NCBI RefSeq assembly: GCF_009914755.1
Contig: NC_060927.1
Length of the DNA: 64,000 nucleotides
DNA from: the human T2T-CHM13v2.0 reference genome, Homo sapiens
Direction: 5' to 3' (one strand)
Shown here piece after piece: positions 41,318 through 57,595 of this stretch. The position numbers and the translations under genes are program-made. Under the pieces are notes generated by a model. That model searched no databases. It was not told the origin of the DNA and saw nothing but the letters and a program-made list of their open reading frames with translations. Position 1 is the first letter of the stretch. Every line of letters starts with the position of its first letter.

Positions 41318-42244
41318 TAGGCAAAAATGCACCTAAAATATAGTGTACTGATTGATCCCTCCTCATTTTACCGGGTTAAAAGGCCTTCCTAGCCTCATTA
41401 CTCATCAAGTGATATTTTTTAGTGGTGTATCAGTTTCAGGCTTTGAGAGTAGTTCTTTAGTAGGACAAGAATATCTTTGTGCCAGCCCCATTGTATATCA
41501 TTACAGTACACAATTATAGGAAAACAAAAGTAACAAAATACCTACAGAAACTCAAAAGGTAGTTTCTGTGAAGTAGAAAATCTTTAGCATATTGCATAGG
41601 TGAACAGGTCCAAATAAACATTAAGGTGAGGAACAAAACGTCATTTTAGGGGGTATCTGTAGTCTATTATTAAATATACAGTGTACATTTTATTTTACTC
41701 CACATAAAAGTGCAGTTCAAAAGAATATGCTATTTTTCATAAAATATTTTCTTTAAGTTCAAATATTTAAGGACTGTACTGAAGAAACTGAGTAAGTTAC
41801 AATGGTTACTCAATCACTTTAGCCACCGGGATTCATTAGTTATTTATTTGTTGAGATATCATAATTTTTAGATTGCTTCTTTATATCATATTACTTGCTA
41901 CTACATTTATCTTCAGCTCCACATTTGGCAACTCTTCGCTTTTATCTGACACAATATTTCCAAAGTAGTTTTTACTTCTTCTTCAAATACTCTATTTAGG
42001 AGACTTTAGACAGAAATTATATCAAATGTTGGCACCTTAGTGTTTTAGCATTACTTATTATTGTTTTGTAATTATTTCATTCATGTTTTAAAGGCAGAGA
42101 ATAGATTTTTAGGGAAATGACGAATTTATATGTAGTAATCCCCAAAAGTCATTTTTAAAAGAGAATACTGCAGCGGTAATGTAGTGGCTGACTTTTAAGT
42201 ACTTTACTTTCTTTTATAGCAGAGTCAGCAGTTGTCATTTCTTT

Positions 42245-42430
42245 CCTATGTGCTAAGCCCTAAAACATATGCTTTACATAGATTGTCTCATTTAGTCTTC
42301 ATAACAAGCCTGCTTTCTAAGACCTCAGCTGAAGTAGAGGAAGCATGTTTTAAAAGGATTTTCACAGAATTATACAGTCAATAAGTGACAAAGAAACGTA
42401 AACCCAGACAACTCCAATGCTTGTGCTCTG
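42245..42430 (-). mobile_element. MIR fragment
   Basis: cctatgtgctaagccc...atgctttacatagattgtctcatttagtcttcataacaagcct. Confidence 0.65.
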
Positions 42431-42528
42431 TCCCTATACCTTAATGCACCCTCTCCCTCCATGCTGAGATATTAAAATTTTAGGCAACAGAAACTAGAGC
42501 ATTTTTTTATTACTCATTTTATACTCAT

Positions 42529-42949
42529 TGTGTTAGTCCATTTTTGTGTTATTTAAAAGGAATACCTGAGACTGGGCAATTTATAAAGAAAAGAGATTAA
42601 TTGACTCACAGTTCTGCAGATTATACAAGGATGGTACTAAAATCGACTTGGCTTCTGGTGGGGCCTCAGGAAGCTTACAATCATGGTGGAAGGCAAAGTG
42701 GGAGCAGGCACATCACATGGTGAGAGCAGGAGCAAAAGAGAGAGAGGTGGGAGATTCCACACTCTTTTAAACAACCAGAAGTTATGTGAACTCAGAGTGA
42801 GAACTTACTCATTACTGTGAGGCTGGCACCAAGGCATTCATGAAGGATCTCCCGCCATGACTCAAACACCTCCACCAGGCCCCACCTCCAACACTGGGGA
42901 TTATATTTCAATATGAGATTTGGAGGAGACAAACATCCAAATTATATCA
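42529..42949 (-). mobile_element. MSTB-like solo LTR (ERVL-MaLR)
   Basis: TGTGTTAGTCCATTT...gaatacctgagactggg...ggcccacctccaacactgggga...catccaaattatatCA; TSD ctcat / ctcac. Confidence 0.9.
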
Positions 42950-43589
42950 CTCACTCTGCTAACACAGGTCACCAGAACATTGAATGACTGAAAGGAGACA
43001 CATTTTAGGAAGTCAGTACTGAGAAGGTCTCTGGTGTGAATGCCATTTTTTTTTTTCTCATTACTGTTTCATAGACATCAGTGTCTGGAAACTTAAGAGA
43101 GCTGGTTACATACAGAAATCTTTTATGATTTCTTTTTTATGTTTGCTAAGAAAAACTATAATAAATTTAAGAACTTAAAAGCCAGAGAGTAAAGGCAATG
43201 AAAACTTCTGACTGCTGGAAAGTCCTCTCCTTTCAGAGGCATCTTGTTCCATCTTACAACTGAGGTAAAACCAGGTAGGGTTTTAAGGTAAAATGACCCT
43301 ACATCTTGGGGTCACAGAGTTGGAAATGAAGATTCAAAGGGGTGCTTGGAAAACAAAACACTTTTCTAGTAAAGGCTGGGAAAATGAACAGAGTTGAATG
43401 AGTGGAGATTGAATACAATTGAGCATCTCTGAGAAATGTACCTACCATGAAAGCTTGCTCTTTAGGTACTATCTACATATCCCAAAAAGGTTACATTGTT
43501 GAAGGTAAACATTTTCAGAAAAGATGTGGCTGAAGAAGAAGGGACTCAATAAAATTGAACAAATCAGTTAACAAATATCTGTTGATAGT

Positions 43590-45020
43590 TGTGTCAGCTC
43601 TGAATGTACTTATTGGCAAATAACAGAAAGCCAGAATAACATTGACCAGATGAACCAGTCTAGGGCTGTCTGGTATGGATGGCTCAATAGTGTCAGCAAG
43701 GACCCAGACTCTTTCTGTCTTTCCATTCTGACATCATTAATCTGTAGGTGGTTTTTTTAAAATTATTTTAAAGAATTTTTTGTCTCACAATCTCAGGAGT
43801 TTTCTTAGATCTCTGTCTTGTGTGTGCATCCAGACAGGAAGAGGACAGAAGAACATAGAAACAAAAATTATGCTTTTACCTAATGTTCCAATTATCTATT
43901 ACTGCATAACAAACTACCTCACAACTTATAGTTTTAAACAACAAGTTTAAAATATCGTATGTCCTGATTCTGTAGGGCAAGAAGTTGAAAAAGCTGGTGG
44001 TTATAGTTGGGGATTGGGCAGGCATCTTCCACTCTATAAAGCCTCTCTATATGGCTAGGTTGGGCTTCCTCACAGCATGGTTCCCTCAGAATAATCAGAT
44101 TTTTTGTATGGTGGCTCAAGACTCCAAAAAGAAGGAAGCAAAAAGATATAGAGACCCTCCATCTTCTCCTTTCAACTCTCAATAGGAGTGTCAAAGAATT
44201 TACTTCCATCTTTACCACAGTCTGTACTCTTGCTATACATTATTTACATTCCTTCCACATGCAGAAGCACACTTGCCTCCTCCCAAGACCCAGAAAACCT
44301 CCTTTCATTATGGCACCAGGCTTAGGCTCAAAGTCTAGAGTCTCATGATCTATATCATATTCAGAGATAGTTAAGACTTCTTGGGTGTGGCTCCTTCTTC
44401 TAGTTCCACCAATACGGTGCCTTTTTAGCTGAAGACCTATGAGATAAAGAGACAAGTTCTCTGTCCATCATACTCCAGCATACAATGGTTAGACAAGCAT
44501 AGGATAACTACAATAAAGACTTTCATTAAATAAAGGGGCTATCATCACTTCCATCATATTTTTTGGGTCAAAACAGTCACAGGTGAGCCTAGATTTAAAG
44601 GGAAGAGGACGTACAACACACCATTTAATGGAAGAAGTATCAAAAGATGTATGGCCGTCTTTTCCTTAGCCACATGGAGTGGCACCAAGCCATTCATGAA
44701 GGATCTTTCCCCATGAACCAAACACTTCTCAGTAGACCCCACCTCCAACACTGGGAGTTACATTTCAACATGAGATTTGGAGGAGACAAACATCCAAATT
44801 ATACCACTCACTCTGCTAACAAGGTCACTAAAATGCTGAATGATTGAAAGGGGACACATTCCTTCCTATGCTCTTCATTTGGGATGGGAAACCATCCATA
44901 GGAACTTCTACCTACATCTGGTTGACCAGATGTGTGGAGTAATGGCCACCATTGGGAAGTTGAATACAGTAAGGGAAGACAAGTATGAAGAGACTTTTAT
45001 GTAGCCAAACAACAGTGCCT
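43590..45020 (-). mobile_element. Nested MLT1 MaLR remnants: MLT1J/K-like host with MLT1G/H-like LTR (43883-44219), internal piece and second LTR fragment (to 44674)
   Basis: tgttccaattatctattactgcataacaaac; cattccttccacatgcagaagcacac (MLT1-int); cagcaaggacccagactctttctgtctttc. Confidence 0.65.
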
Positions 45021-45024
45021 ACAA

Positions 45025-45420
45025 AAACTTGTTTACTATATGCCAGACACTGTAAAGAAACAAACTATCCCTGGCTTTCAGATAGATTATCAGCAAGGTA
45101 GAGAGACAAATGTAACAAATAGTGACTTCAGTGTATTAATGGCCAAGACAGGGACATTATTTTTCATCCAAGAAAACCTAGGCAAGAAAATCACCCCAGA
45201 GAATATGTTGCTTTAACTGAATCCTGTAAAATGAATATGAGTTACTCGGTTAAGATATGTGTAATGGCGATCAGGGAGTGGGAAGGGAGGGGAGCATTTC
45301 AGGCAAAGGAAGAAGAATGGGCAAAGATCCAGAGTCAAAAGAGATGACAATGCATTTAGGGAGCACAAGAAGTTCATAATGACTGAAACAGAGCCTGAGA
45401 GGGTGGAGAGTAGAGAGATG
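45025..45420 (-). mobile_element. L2 LINE fragment
   Basis: gtttactatatgccagacactg...gagcatttcaggcaaagg...gggcaaagatccagag. Confidence 0.65.
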
Positions 45421-45876
45421 ACACTGCCTTTGTATTTTGAATCTAATAAAAATAACACTCCAGCATTCCTTGAGACATGAGCTGAGTCATTCCACAGAAT
45501 TAAGCCACAAAAGGCATAATTCATCAACAGTCAAATTGGAAATGAAAATTTGTGTACTACTATGAATTTCTATATTAAAATTTAAAATAAGGCACTTGGA
45601 ACCAAGGTTTTCATCACATGATGACTGCAAGTTATGATTGTCAGACATCCTATCAAACATTCCAATTTACACTGTTCCCATTTAAGCCATTTCAATCACT
45701 TCATAAGAGCTCTATTGTATACTAACTCTGTTTATAAAAGCAACACCAACATTTAATAAAATATCATTTTGCCGATGCTTACTTTTAGAACAACCTCTTT
45801 GTAACTGGAAAATATAGTTGTCGTAAGAGTTTAGATAAGCTTGTCTCGCAAAAATCTGCCCTATTTTTTTTATTTA

Positions 45877-45997
45877 CCCCTCCTCTCCCCTCACCTCCCT
45901 TCCCCTTTCCTCTCCTCCCCTCTCCTGACTTCCTTCCTCCCTCCCTCCCTTTTCTCCCTTCCTTCCTCCCTTCCTTCCTTTCGCCACCCCCTTCTCT
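45877..45997. repeat. CT-rich low-complexity polypyrimidine tract
   Basis: cccctcctct / ccttccct repeats over about 120 bp. Confidence 0.9.
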
Positions 45998-47534
45998 ATT
46001 GTCCTAACTATAGTTTTCACTCTACTTTTTCCCTTTTGAGACAAATAGTTCTTTCATACCTTAAAAATCTCCTACGTCTCTGAGAACTCTGGCTCTTACC
46101 ATGTCAAATGTCATACATAAATGTCTAGAAAATGTTAAATCCCTGAAGGTAGTAAATTCATCTCTTACTTTGTTCCTTTTAATTTTAAATTCTGGTAAGC
46201 TCATTTCAGTTATTTGTCCTTTGCCTGGTCATTAAAACAGAAAAGGAAATAGTCTTAACTGTAAAAACAACAAGAGTCCTCCTTATAGCAGTTTAAATTC
46301 AAAATAACATATCCATATTGACTATTGTGTGTGATAGTTTATGTATTGGCATTCTAAAAATATCTTCTTTCAGGTTGAAACAGTATACTTCATGGCTTCT
46401 GTTTGTTTAAAAACTTTTATAATATCCTGAAGTGATAGAATTTTATGAATAAAAGACCATCTGGCTCCTCAGAGTGTGTGAAATTTTTTTCAGCTTCTTT
46501 GAATGGGGCTTTATTTTCAGTAAGAAGCTACATTTAAAAAATGGATTTGTGATGAATAAACAAGTGAGGCCTTGTAAAGTGCCAATTTTGTCTTCCAGAG
46601 GAGCCTTTCCTTATCTCTTATTTCCATCTTTTTATCTTTCCTATGTAAAAATTGGTCTAGGTCTCTATTACCTGCCTTCATCTTAAGTTTCACCCAAAGG
46701 AGTCTAGAATTGAATTACAATGAGCCAAGTAACTGATACCATTGAATATGGAGGCCTTCTGTATAAATTGGAGAAGACAGCATACTCTCCCTCTCCCAAG
46801 ATTCCCAGAAGAGTAATGGTCAATAGTTTAAAAAACCAGAGATACACCTGCATCACTCCTGGAAATGAAAAATGGTGTCATTCACATTCTAGAAGCATCA
46901 GCAATTTTCTATTAATAGAATGCAGGTGGGACAGGACAGATGGAGACAGAGTTGACTCACAACTTTTCGCTAAGAAACAAAAATTGTGCTAGGGAACTAA
47001 GTGATGTGCATTAGCAATATTAGGTTATGTTCTGTAACAAACTATTCCAGAATCTCAGTGGCTTACAAAACAAATAACTGTTTCAACATATAAATGCCCA
47101 TATACAACAACAGTAGAAGATATAATGAAGTAGTTAGTTGTTCATAACTTTACATGGAATAACTGGGTGCCAAAGTTACAAATATGGATTGACAGAGGTA
47201 TGTTATATTGGTGGCTCAAGCTTTACAAGAAGAATTGCGAATGAGGAAGTTATTTCCAAAATAGTAATCTAGCATTTGGTCAAATTTTGAACAAAAGAAA
47301 ACAGTTGCATTCTATAAAATTCAGTATTTCTTACAATTATTTTAAAAATTATGCTTCTATATGACATAAATATATGTTCTAACATAACTATAGTGTTTAC
47401 TTATGTGATCATCCAGTAGGATGTTTAAACTTGTGTGGGCATGAGAAAAGTCTTTATTGTGTGGAACTTTTCTTCACATTTTAGGATGTCTATTATCTAG
47501 TATTCCTTACCTACACACTCAGAAACAATAGTCC

Positions 47535-48178
47535 CAGCCTTCATGGAAAACAGGTTAGCTGTTCCTCAAAAGATTAAAAATAGAATCACCATATAATCCA
47601 GCAATTCCACTTCTGGGCATATACCCAGAAGGACTGAAAGTAGGTCTTGAAATGATAGTCATTATTCATAAAAGCTAAAATGTAGAAGTAACACAAGTGT
47701 CCATTGATGCATGAATGGATTAACAAAATGTGATATATATATATATATAACCCATTCTTCCATCGATGGACACTTGGGTTGCTAATATTATTCGAGCTTA
47801 AAAAGGAAGACAGTTCTGACATAAGCTACAACATTGGTGAACCTTGAAGATATGATGCTAAATAAGATAAGACAGTCAAAAAAAGATAAATACCATATGA
47901 GTCTACTTATACTAGGTACGTAAAGTAGTCAAAAATCAGAGACAAAATCTTAAATGGTGGTTGTCAGGGGCTGGGTAGAGAATAAAATGGAGAGTTATTG
48001 TTTAATAGGTAGAGAGTTTCAGTTTTACAAGATGAAAAAAGTTCTGGAGTTAGATGGTGGTAATGATCCTACAACATTATGAAAGTATTTAATTTTACTG
48101 AACTGTATATTTCAAAGTGGTTAGGATGATACATTTTATGTTATATGTATTTTACCATAATAAAAAAATTGGGAAAGA
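47535..48178 (+). mobile_element. L1MB-like 3' end inserted into a MER20-like element (about 47410-48275)
   Basis: ccagcaattccacttctgggcatatacccag...gagtttcagttttacaagatgaaaa...; TSD-like agaaacaatagtccc / agaataatagccc. Confidence 0.85.
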
Positions 48179-48599
48179 AGAATAATAGCCCTTCTGAGTC
48201 ACTGAGACAAGCAAAATTGCCCCAACAAATTTTCAAAATTCTAAGACATGGTACACTTCTACTGAGAACCACTGGACTAAACAAACAAACAAACAAAAAC
48301 AAACAGGATATACATGTCTACTAAAACATAAGACTAAAATAGGAACAGAAATAATATAAATGTCAAGAAAGATAAGATAAAGGAAACAGCAAGAAAATAT
48401 TAAAACAGAAAGCACCACAAATAATGGCAAAAAAAAAGCTCTGTTTTTGCCTAGGATGTAGAAAACTAGAGTGTAGTATCCATTCTAACAACAAGAAAAA
48501 AGCCAAATAAGCATTTTATGTCATAAATTTCCTTGAATTCATTGGAGAACTGAAGTTTCAGGTTAATCAAGTAGCCTGAAATTTAAGGAAAGACAATTA

Positions 48600-48967
<368 letters not shown>

Positions 48968-50254
48968 TAAACACTGATTCACCTTTGGCAGAGCACAGGA
49001 AGAAAAGACATTAAGCACCATTCAAGCTGGCAAGAAGAATTAAGGTAAAAATTTTAACAAATTTCTAAAGGCCAAATTTGGGCTAGCATGAGAATATAGA
49101 ATCCTTGGGGTCCACAAATGCAATTGATACAGTCTTATAAAAAATGTAAATGGCTTTAAATAAAAGCATTTGAAAAAGGACCCCTGAAATTAGTTTCTCA
49201 ATGTTTAATTAAAAAAAAATACTTGGTAAATATTTGCTTTAATGAAAATATCACCTATATTTTTGAAACCTTTTTAAAATGGCTTTTGTATCTTTCAGGA
49301 ATGGGATTAAAATATATATTTCAATGTATATACTTCAAAAATAAAATTTTATCTTTTGTTTTGATTCCTTGCTCTGAATATTCCCGTTTTTATATTATCT
49401 CTCTTTCACTAGTTTCATCTTCTCAAGTTCTCCTCCAACCCATTTTCATGTTTGAGATTTTTTTATTTCATAAATATTTGCTCAATTCTATACTACTGCA
49501 TCCAAAACAATGTAATTTTTATATTATGAAGTTTAATTTCAGGAATCACAATGATTACTTTGCTTTGTACCCATAGTTATGGCGTGTTTAAGTGGATTCA
49601 AAACTTGCTGCCAATTTTATTTTTCTTACTGTGAGTTCTCCATTTGTGGGTTAATGTGTTGATTCATTTTTAAGTTTGCTGGATAGCATGTTGAAGTAGA
49701 TTTTTCAGAAAAGTGTTATGAGGTCCTGAGTATTGGAGATAATCTTTTATTTTCCTTCTTTTGTCAATGATAATCTAGTAAATAAATTTTGATTCACATC
49801 ATTTACCCCTCAATGCTCTGGAGACATTAACTCTTTTTTTCTTTCAAAAATATTTTTAGGTGAGGCTAAATTTAACATAGATGTTCCTAGTTCTTTAATA
49901 ATCAGCTAAAATATTCAAGACCCATCTGACATAGCTCTAGGAAGCCTGGAGTGTCATTGTGTTCCCTTCCTTTAGTATTTTTAAGTGTTTCAGTTTCTCG
50001 TAGTTTGATTCCAGTTGTCACTGACCACATTGTGCTACCATAGGTCACTACTCCAGCCTTCCTTGTGCATTTTCTCTTGTCATCTTTCCCTTAGTCCTCT
50101 CTCTTGCTTTGTCCATGCTAGTGTAGATTACTCCTGATGTTTTTACTGAAGTGTATACTCATGCTATTCTTCTAAATTCTCAAAGTAAGGCAAATATCTG
50201 TCTACAGTATTTAACAAAGTTTTGCTGAATGTGGGGGTTATGTGTGAAAAATTA

Positions 50255-50490
50255 ACATGGAACATTGTACAGGGTTTAAAAGTATAGACTCTGTAGACAC
50301 ACTGCTTGGGTTAGAATTTCATCTCCACAATTCACTAGTTTATGGCCCTGGACAAGTTATTTAATCTTGCTTTACTTGTTTTCTCAATTTTAAAATAGGA
50401 GAAATAATAATACCATCAGGAGGATTATATGAATTATAAATAAAGTCTTACAATAGTGCCTGGCACCTAGTAATTCCTATGTGAATGTGT
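50255..50490 (+). mobile_element. MIR SINE
   Basis: ccctggacaagttatttaatctt...ttctcaattttaaaataggagaaataata...caatagtgcctggcacctagtaa. Confidence 0.75.
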
Positions 50491-51289
50491 GTTAACTAAG
50501 TTTTTTAAAAGGTTTGAAAAAGGTGAACTCAAAATGCTTAGCAAATGTCAGTATTGCTAGAGTTCACTGGCAGCACTCAGGAGATAATAGCTAGAACACA
50601 CTAAAAAAACAGTAAATAATAGTTGCTGTTGTTATTTACTTTGTGGCACTTTTCTCTACCCCTCCTAAGTCACATATAGCATGGGTCAGCTTATCTGCCA
50701 AGGATTGAAATGCTGTCAATCCTATCTCCACTACTTTAAACCTAGGTTTCCAAGTATGCTTTAGGCTCAGGAAGAAGAAGAAATGAAATGACTACACATT
50801 TCTTACCATCACCCCCACACACGAGCCACCTCGAACTCAGTGAAGATATCAGTGAAGATAATATTCTGTATTAGTATGCACACAAACTTAGAAGTTAAGA
50901 TGTTAACTGACATCTCCTTTCTAAAAGAGATTCACCATAACCCAAAGGCCCACTAAACTGTTGGTCCCAAACCAAAGTGCTCGGCTTCTAATGGTGATTT
51001 CAAGAGTTCACCTCCAATAGGGGAAAGAAACTTCTGGCAACATCCAGCAATTTGTTGTCATTGCTCTCATAGGATTTTTTATTTACCTTTGAAATTCATG
51101 AACTTTATCAATTAAGTCACGTGTTAGAGTCAGCTTTTGTTTACTTTGTCTATAGGTTATCATAGCATAATTTCCCAAAGTGTCCAGTACATGGTTATTT
51201 TTCATCTTTGGTTTCTGTTGTTGGTTTTATTTTTAGATACAATTTTTATGATCTATAAGTCTTTCAGTGGGAACTTTCAAGAATAGGAA

Positions 51290-53267
<1,978 letters not shown>

Positions 53268-53270
<3 letters not shown>

Positions 53271-53960
53271 TATTTATTTATTTAATTTATTTAACATTTT
53301 TACTTTTAATTTTTGTGGGCACATAGTAGGTGTATATCTTTATGGGGTATATGAGATATTTTGATACAGGCATAGCAACGTGTGACAATCACATTAGAGC
53401 AAATGGAACATTCATCACCTCAAGCAGTTATTTTTTGTTTCCGTTACCAACAATCCAATTATACTCTTTTAGTTATTTCAAAATTTACAATAAATTATTG
53501 TTGACTATAATCATTCTGTTGTATTAAATGCTAGATCTTATTTATTCTATCTAAGTATATTTTTGTACCCATTAACCATTTCCACCCCATTACCCTTCCC
53601 AGCCTCTGGTAACCATTATCCTGCTCTCTATCTCCATGAGTTCAATTGTTTTAATTTTTAGCTGTCACAAATAAGTGAGATCATGTGAAGTTTGTCTTTC
53701 TCTGCCTGGGTTATTTCACTTAACATAATGACCTCCAATTCCATCTATGTTTTTGCTTATGACAGGATTTCATGCTTTTTTATGGCAAAAGATAAAATCC
53801 ATTCCTCTTTTGATGGATGCTTAGGTTTGCTTCCAAATCTTAGGTCTTGTGAATAGTGCTGCAATAAATATTGGAGTGCAGATATGTCTATGATATACCG
53901 ATTTCCTTTCTTTTGGGTATATACCTAGCAGTAGGATTGCTGGATTGTATGGTTTTATTT
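53268..53960 (-). mobile_element. L1MA2-4-like 3' end
   Basis: ttttgtgggcacatagtaggtgtatat..tatggggtatatgagatattttgatacaggcat; cccttcccagcctctggtaacc. Confidence 0.85.
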
Positions 53961-54529
53961 TAAAAGATTAACTAGCAAAATAAAACATTAATTTTTAAAA
54001 AAACTGCAACAAATATGACAAATGTTATTATATGTTATTCTAGATGATGTGTATGTGGGTTTTGAAATATTACTCTTGATCTTTCATTAACATTTTACTA
54101 ATTAAAATGGAATACATGGGAGAATAAACAAAACACTGCTAATACTGTTGCAGAAGGATAATTTCACAGATATCTCTCAATCGTGACCGATCAAGCTGGC
54201 AAAAATAACTGAAATGTAAATATTTTGAATATACTATGAATAAAGCTATCTGTATATATAATATTCATAAAATACTTATAAAAATTGATCATATAAACCA
54301 CAAAGTGCGTGTAAATTTATTTCCAAAGGCAAAAATTATAAATGTCACAGTCCCTCACATCAATGAAATCAAATAGTAATTAAATATGAAGAGTTAAACT
54401 CAACAGTTCAAAAGAACATCAACAGAAAGAACTCTTTCAATTAAAAATACTCAATTTTGTATCAATGAGGAAATCCAAATTACATTAATAGGTTATTAAA
54501 TATAGATGAAAGCACAAGAATTGCTATAG

Positions 54530-56360
54530 ATATTTCAGGAAATCCCACAGCATGATAGAGAAAACCAAGAGAATAAAATAGAAAAACTCTCTCTAGAGAA
54601 AACAGAAATAAATTAGAGAAAAAAAGAGAACTTCAGAAAGAAAACACCAATTAGTATCTTGAGGGAAATTTCAGCCTGTATTGCATGCAAAAACTAGTAC
54701 TCTCTTCTATGGAAAAGAAAATCTTAGATAACAAGATGAAACTCTTGGAAATTAAATATATGTTTGCCACATTTAAAAAACAATGTAAGATTGCAAAATA
54801 AAGTTAAATAACTTATACGCGATGTAAAATAAAAATACAACCATAAAAAATATGTTTAAAAGGTGAAGAGATATAGAGGGTGAATTCTAGGATCCCAGTG
54901 TTCAATTACTAGACCATCCAAAAGAGAGTCAGAGAGGAACTGGTAAGAGAGTCATTAAATTATAAATTCAAATGTTACAATTACAAAATTATGATATCCT
55001 ACAACTTAAGGGAAAATATTCATCTAGTGTTGGACAAGATGAATTAATAAAAGACTCAAACCTAGATATATACATGTGAAGTATTAGAAAATCAAGTAGA
55101 AAGAGAAGTTCCTAAAACTTCCAAAGCAAACAAAAAATAATCTACAAAGGAATGAGTATTCAACTGAAATCATGCTTCTCAGAAATGCTGGCTGTTATGA
55201 GACAATGGAGTAAATGCCTTCAAGTATCTGAGGAAAAGTGATTTTCAGCCTAAATTTCTTTTTCTAGTCACATTACCAATCAAGTGTGAGGACAAGGTAC
55301 ATCTAAAAATATGTAAGGACTCAGATTGTGTTTCTTGGGATTTTTTTTGAGGATGTATTCTGTTGAAATAAGGGAGTGAACTAAAGCAGGAGGCCAAAGA
55401 TCAATGAGGGGGAGTGCAGTTTTATATGTGACTTAGAAGACAGTCCACACTGGAGAGTTGGGAGGACAAAGGGCTACAAGAACAACAACAAAACAACTTA
55501 GAATGTGATGGAACACGTATTGTGATGGAGATCTTGGAAATATCTTATGCAATTAAAGCATGGAGATGAATGCTATCAGAGATTCCATGAAAGCAAAACA
55601 AAACTATACAAGAAAGTCATGATAAAGAGAGGCAGCCATCTAAATTGAGGCATGACTGGGCTCGTTCAGTAAACAAGAGGAATAAATTTCAACTTGGTCT
55701 AGGAATATTCCCCTTTAAGTGGCACACGCTGACACTGAAACTGTTAAAAACAACTGAAAAATGTGCCTAGTCATTAGAATGTAATAATCATTTGTTGGTT
55801 TTCAACTTTAGGATTTTATAGTTTGTAGGCAAACCATGGATGAGCTAAGACTACAGAAGAAAATGAAAATGTTATTAAAAATGACAATGTAAAAAGCTAT
55901 GGAAAAGCCAACATCAGCTGGGATTTGGAAGAGCAAGAGAAGATGGGTAATAATGTTATCATCATACACAGAGAATGATTAAAAGCTGTGCCTATTGTTA
56001 TTGGGAAAAGAAGTACTGATTTAAGAATGTTGCTGTAAATGGAAATTAAAAATAATGGTACACTCTGGCAAGAAAAGAGGGAGAGGAAAGGTGTGATAGG
56101 AATATGTTAAATCCTTATTTATCAAAACAAAATTAATAGATGATATCCAAATCATGTGACTCTTGATATAGAAGTTTAGTGATCTTATTTAGAGATAAGT
56201 AGAGCATCAATAGAGGCATTAAAACAAAACTTATTAATACTGTTATTAAAAGTTAGAAGCATTTGAGTGAAGGTGGGTAATGCATCAGCTGGTTAATTTT
56301 CTTCATAAGTCTTTCAGAACTCTGTTTAACCATGTGCATGTTACTTCGAAAAAATCTGCA
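54530..56360 (+). mobile_element. HAL1-like (ORF1-only L1 relative) remnant
   Basis: gacaatggagtaaatgccttcaagtatctgaggaaaagtgattttcagcctaaa...caatcaagtgtgagg; ORF1-like body not followed by ORF2. Confidence 0.6.
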
Positions 56361-56757
56361 ATTCAAAGGTTATGTAAAATAAAATGACAGTGAGGAAACT
56401 ACACAAGAAGACACTGGATATAGAATGTGATCCAAAATGAATTCAGAGATAAATTCATAGTCTCAAAGACAATTATAAGATAAAAAAGAATTAAAATAAA
56501 TGAAACAAGCATTCAATGCAAGTTAGGAAAACATGGCTAAAGAGATCAGAAAGAAGCTAACAGTAAGGATACAATAGAAAATTATAAATTATAAAAAATA
56601 ATAATGTAGTATATCTGACACTATTTTTAATGCTTTACATGCTTTAACTCCTTTAAATCTCATAACAAACTATGAGGGAGTTGCTGTTACCATCATTACT
56701 TTCAGATAAAGAAATTAAGGTTCAGATACATAACTTGCCCAGAGCAAGAATTCCAAC

Positions 56758-56975
56758 CAGTGGTATGCTAGTAAATGCTTGGCAATATTTGACAAATGGC
56801 TCTCCTCCCACTTTCTGTACTTCCCATCCCACGAATCCCTTATTTATAGTGTTTGCAAGTACTCCCATCATAGTCAACTTCAAGCTACCAACAAATTGAC
56901 ACGATGAGTGGAGTTGGGAGGAGATGCACACAATTTGCTCACATGAGCCTATTCAAGTGGCCTCTAGCATACTGG
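56758..56975. mobile_element. MER63-like hAT MITE inserted in a MIR (about 56610-57000)
   Basis: TIR-like cagtggtatgctag ... ctagcatactgg; 8-bp TSD attccaac / attcaaac. Confidence 0.7.
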
Positions 56976-57294
56976 ATTCAAACCCAGGCAATCTGGCTCT
57001 GGAGGATCAAAGCCAAAACCAACACTGATGGCATTCTAAGGATATTTCAGTTAATATGAGTTCTAAGAGAGAGAGATCATCTGTTACTCTTAGATTGCCA
57101 ACATTATTATTATACTACATTATTAACTAATGCAACGAAACAAGTAAATTATGACATAGTTACTGGAGTGATAAAAGTGGCATTTAATTCCAGTCAAATA
57201 AAGTATGGATTTAGTAAGTGGCTTTGAACAATTGGGCATTTATTAAGAAGGTAATCAGATTAAGCCCTACCTTATACTATATGAAAATAAATTC

Positions 57295-57595
57295 CGTCCG
57301 GTGCTGTGGCTCATGCCTATAATCCCAGCACTTTGGGAAGCTGAGGAGGGTGGATCACCTGAGGTCGGGAGTTCAAGACCAGCCTGAACAACACGGAGAA
57401 ACCCTGTTTCTACTAAAAATACAAAAAAATTAGACAGGTATGGTGGCGCATGCCTGTAATCCCAGCTACTTGGGAGGCTGAGGCAAGAGAATCGCTTGAA
57501 CTTGAAAGGTGGAACTTGTGGTGAGCCAAGATTGCACTCCATCCTGGGCAACAAGAGTGAAACTCCATCTCAAAAATAAACAAATAAATAAATAA
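57295..57595 (+). mobile_element. AluSp SINE
   Basis: gtcgggagttc, cggagaaaccc, caacaagagtgaaac; TSD aaaataaattcc. Confidence 0.93.
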
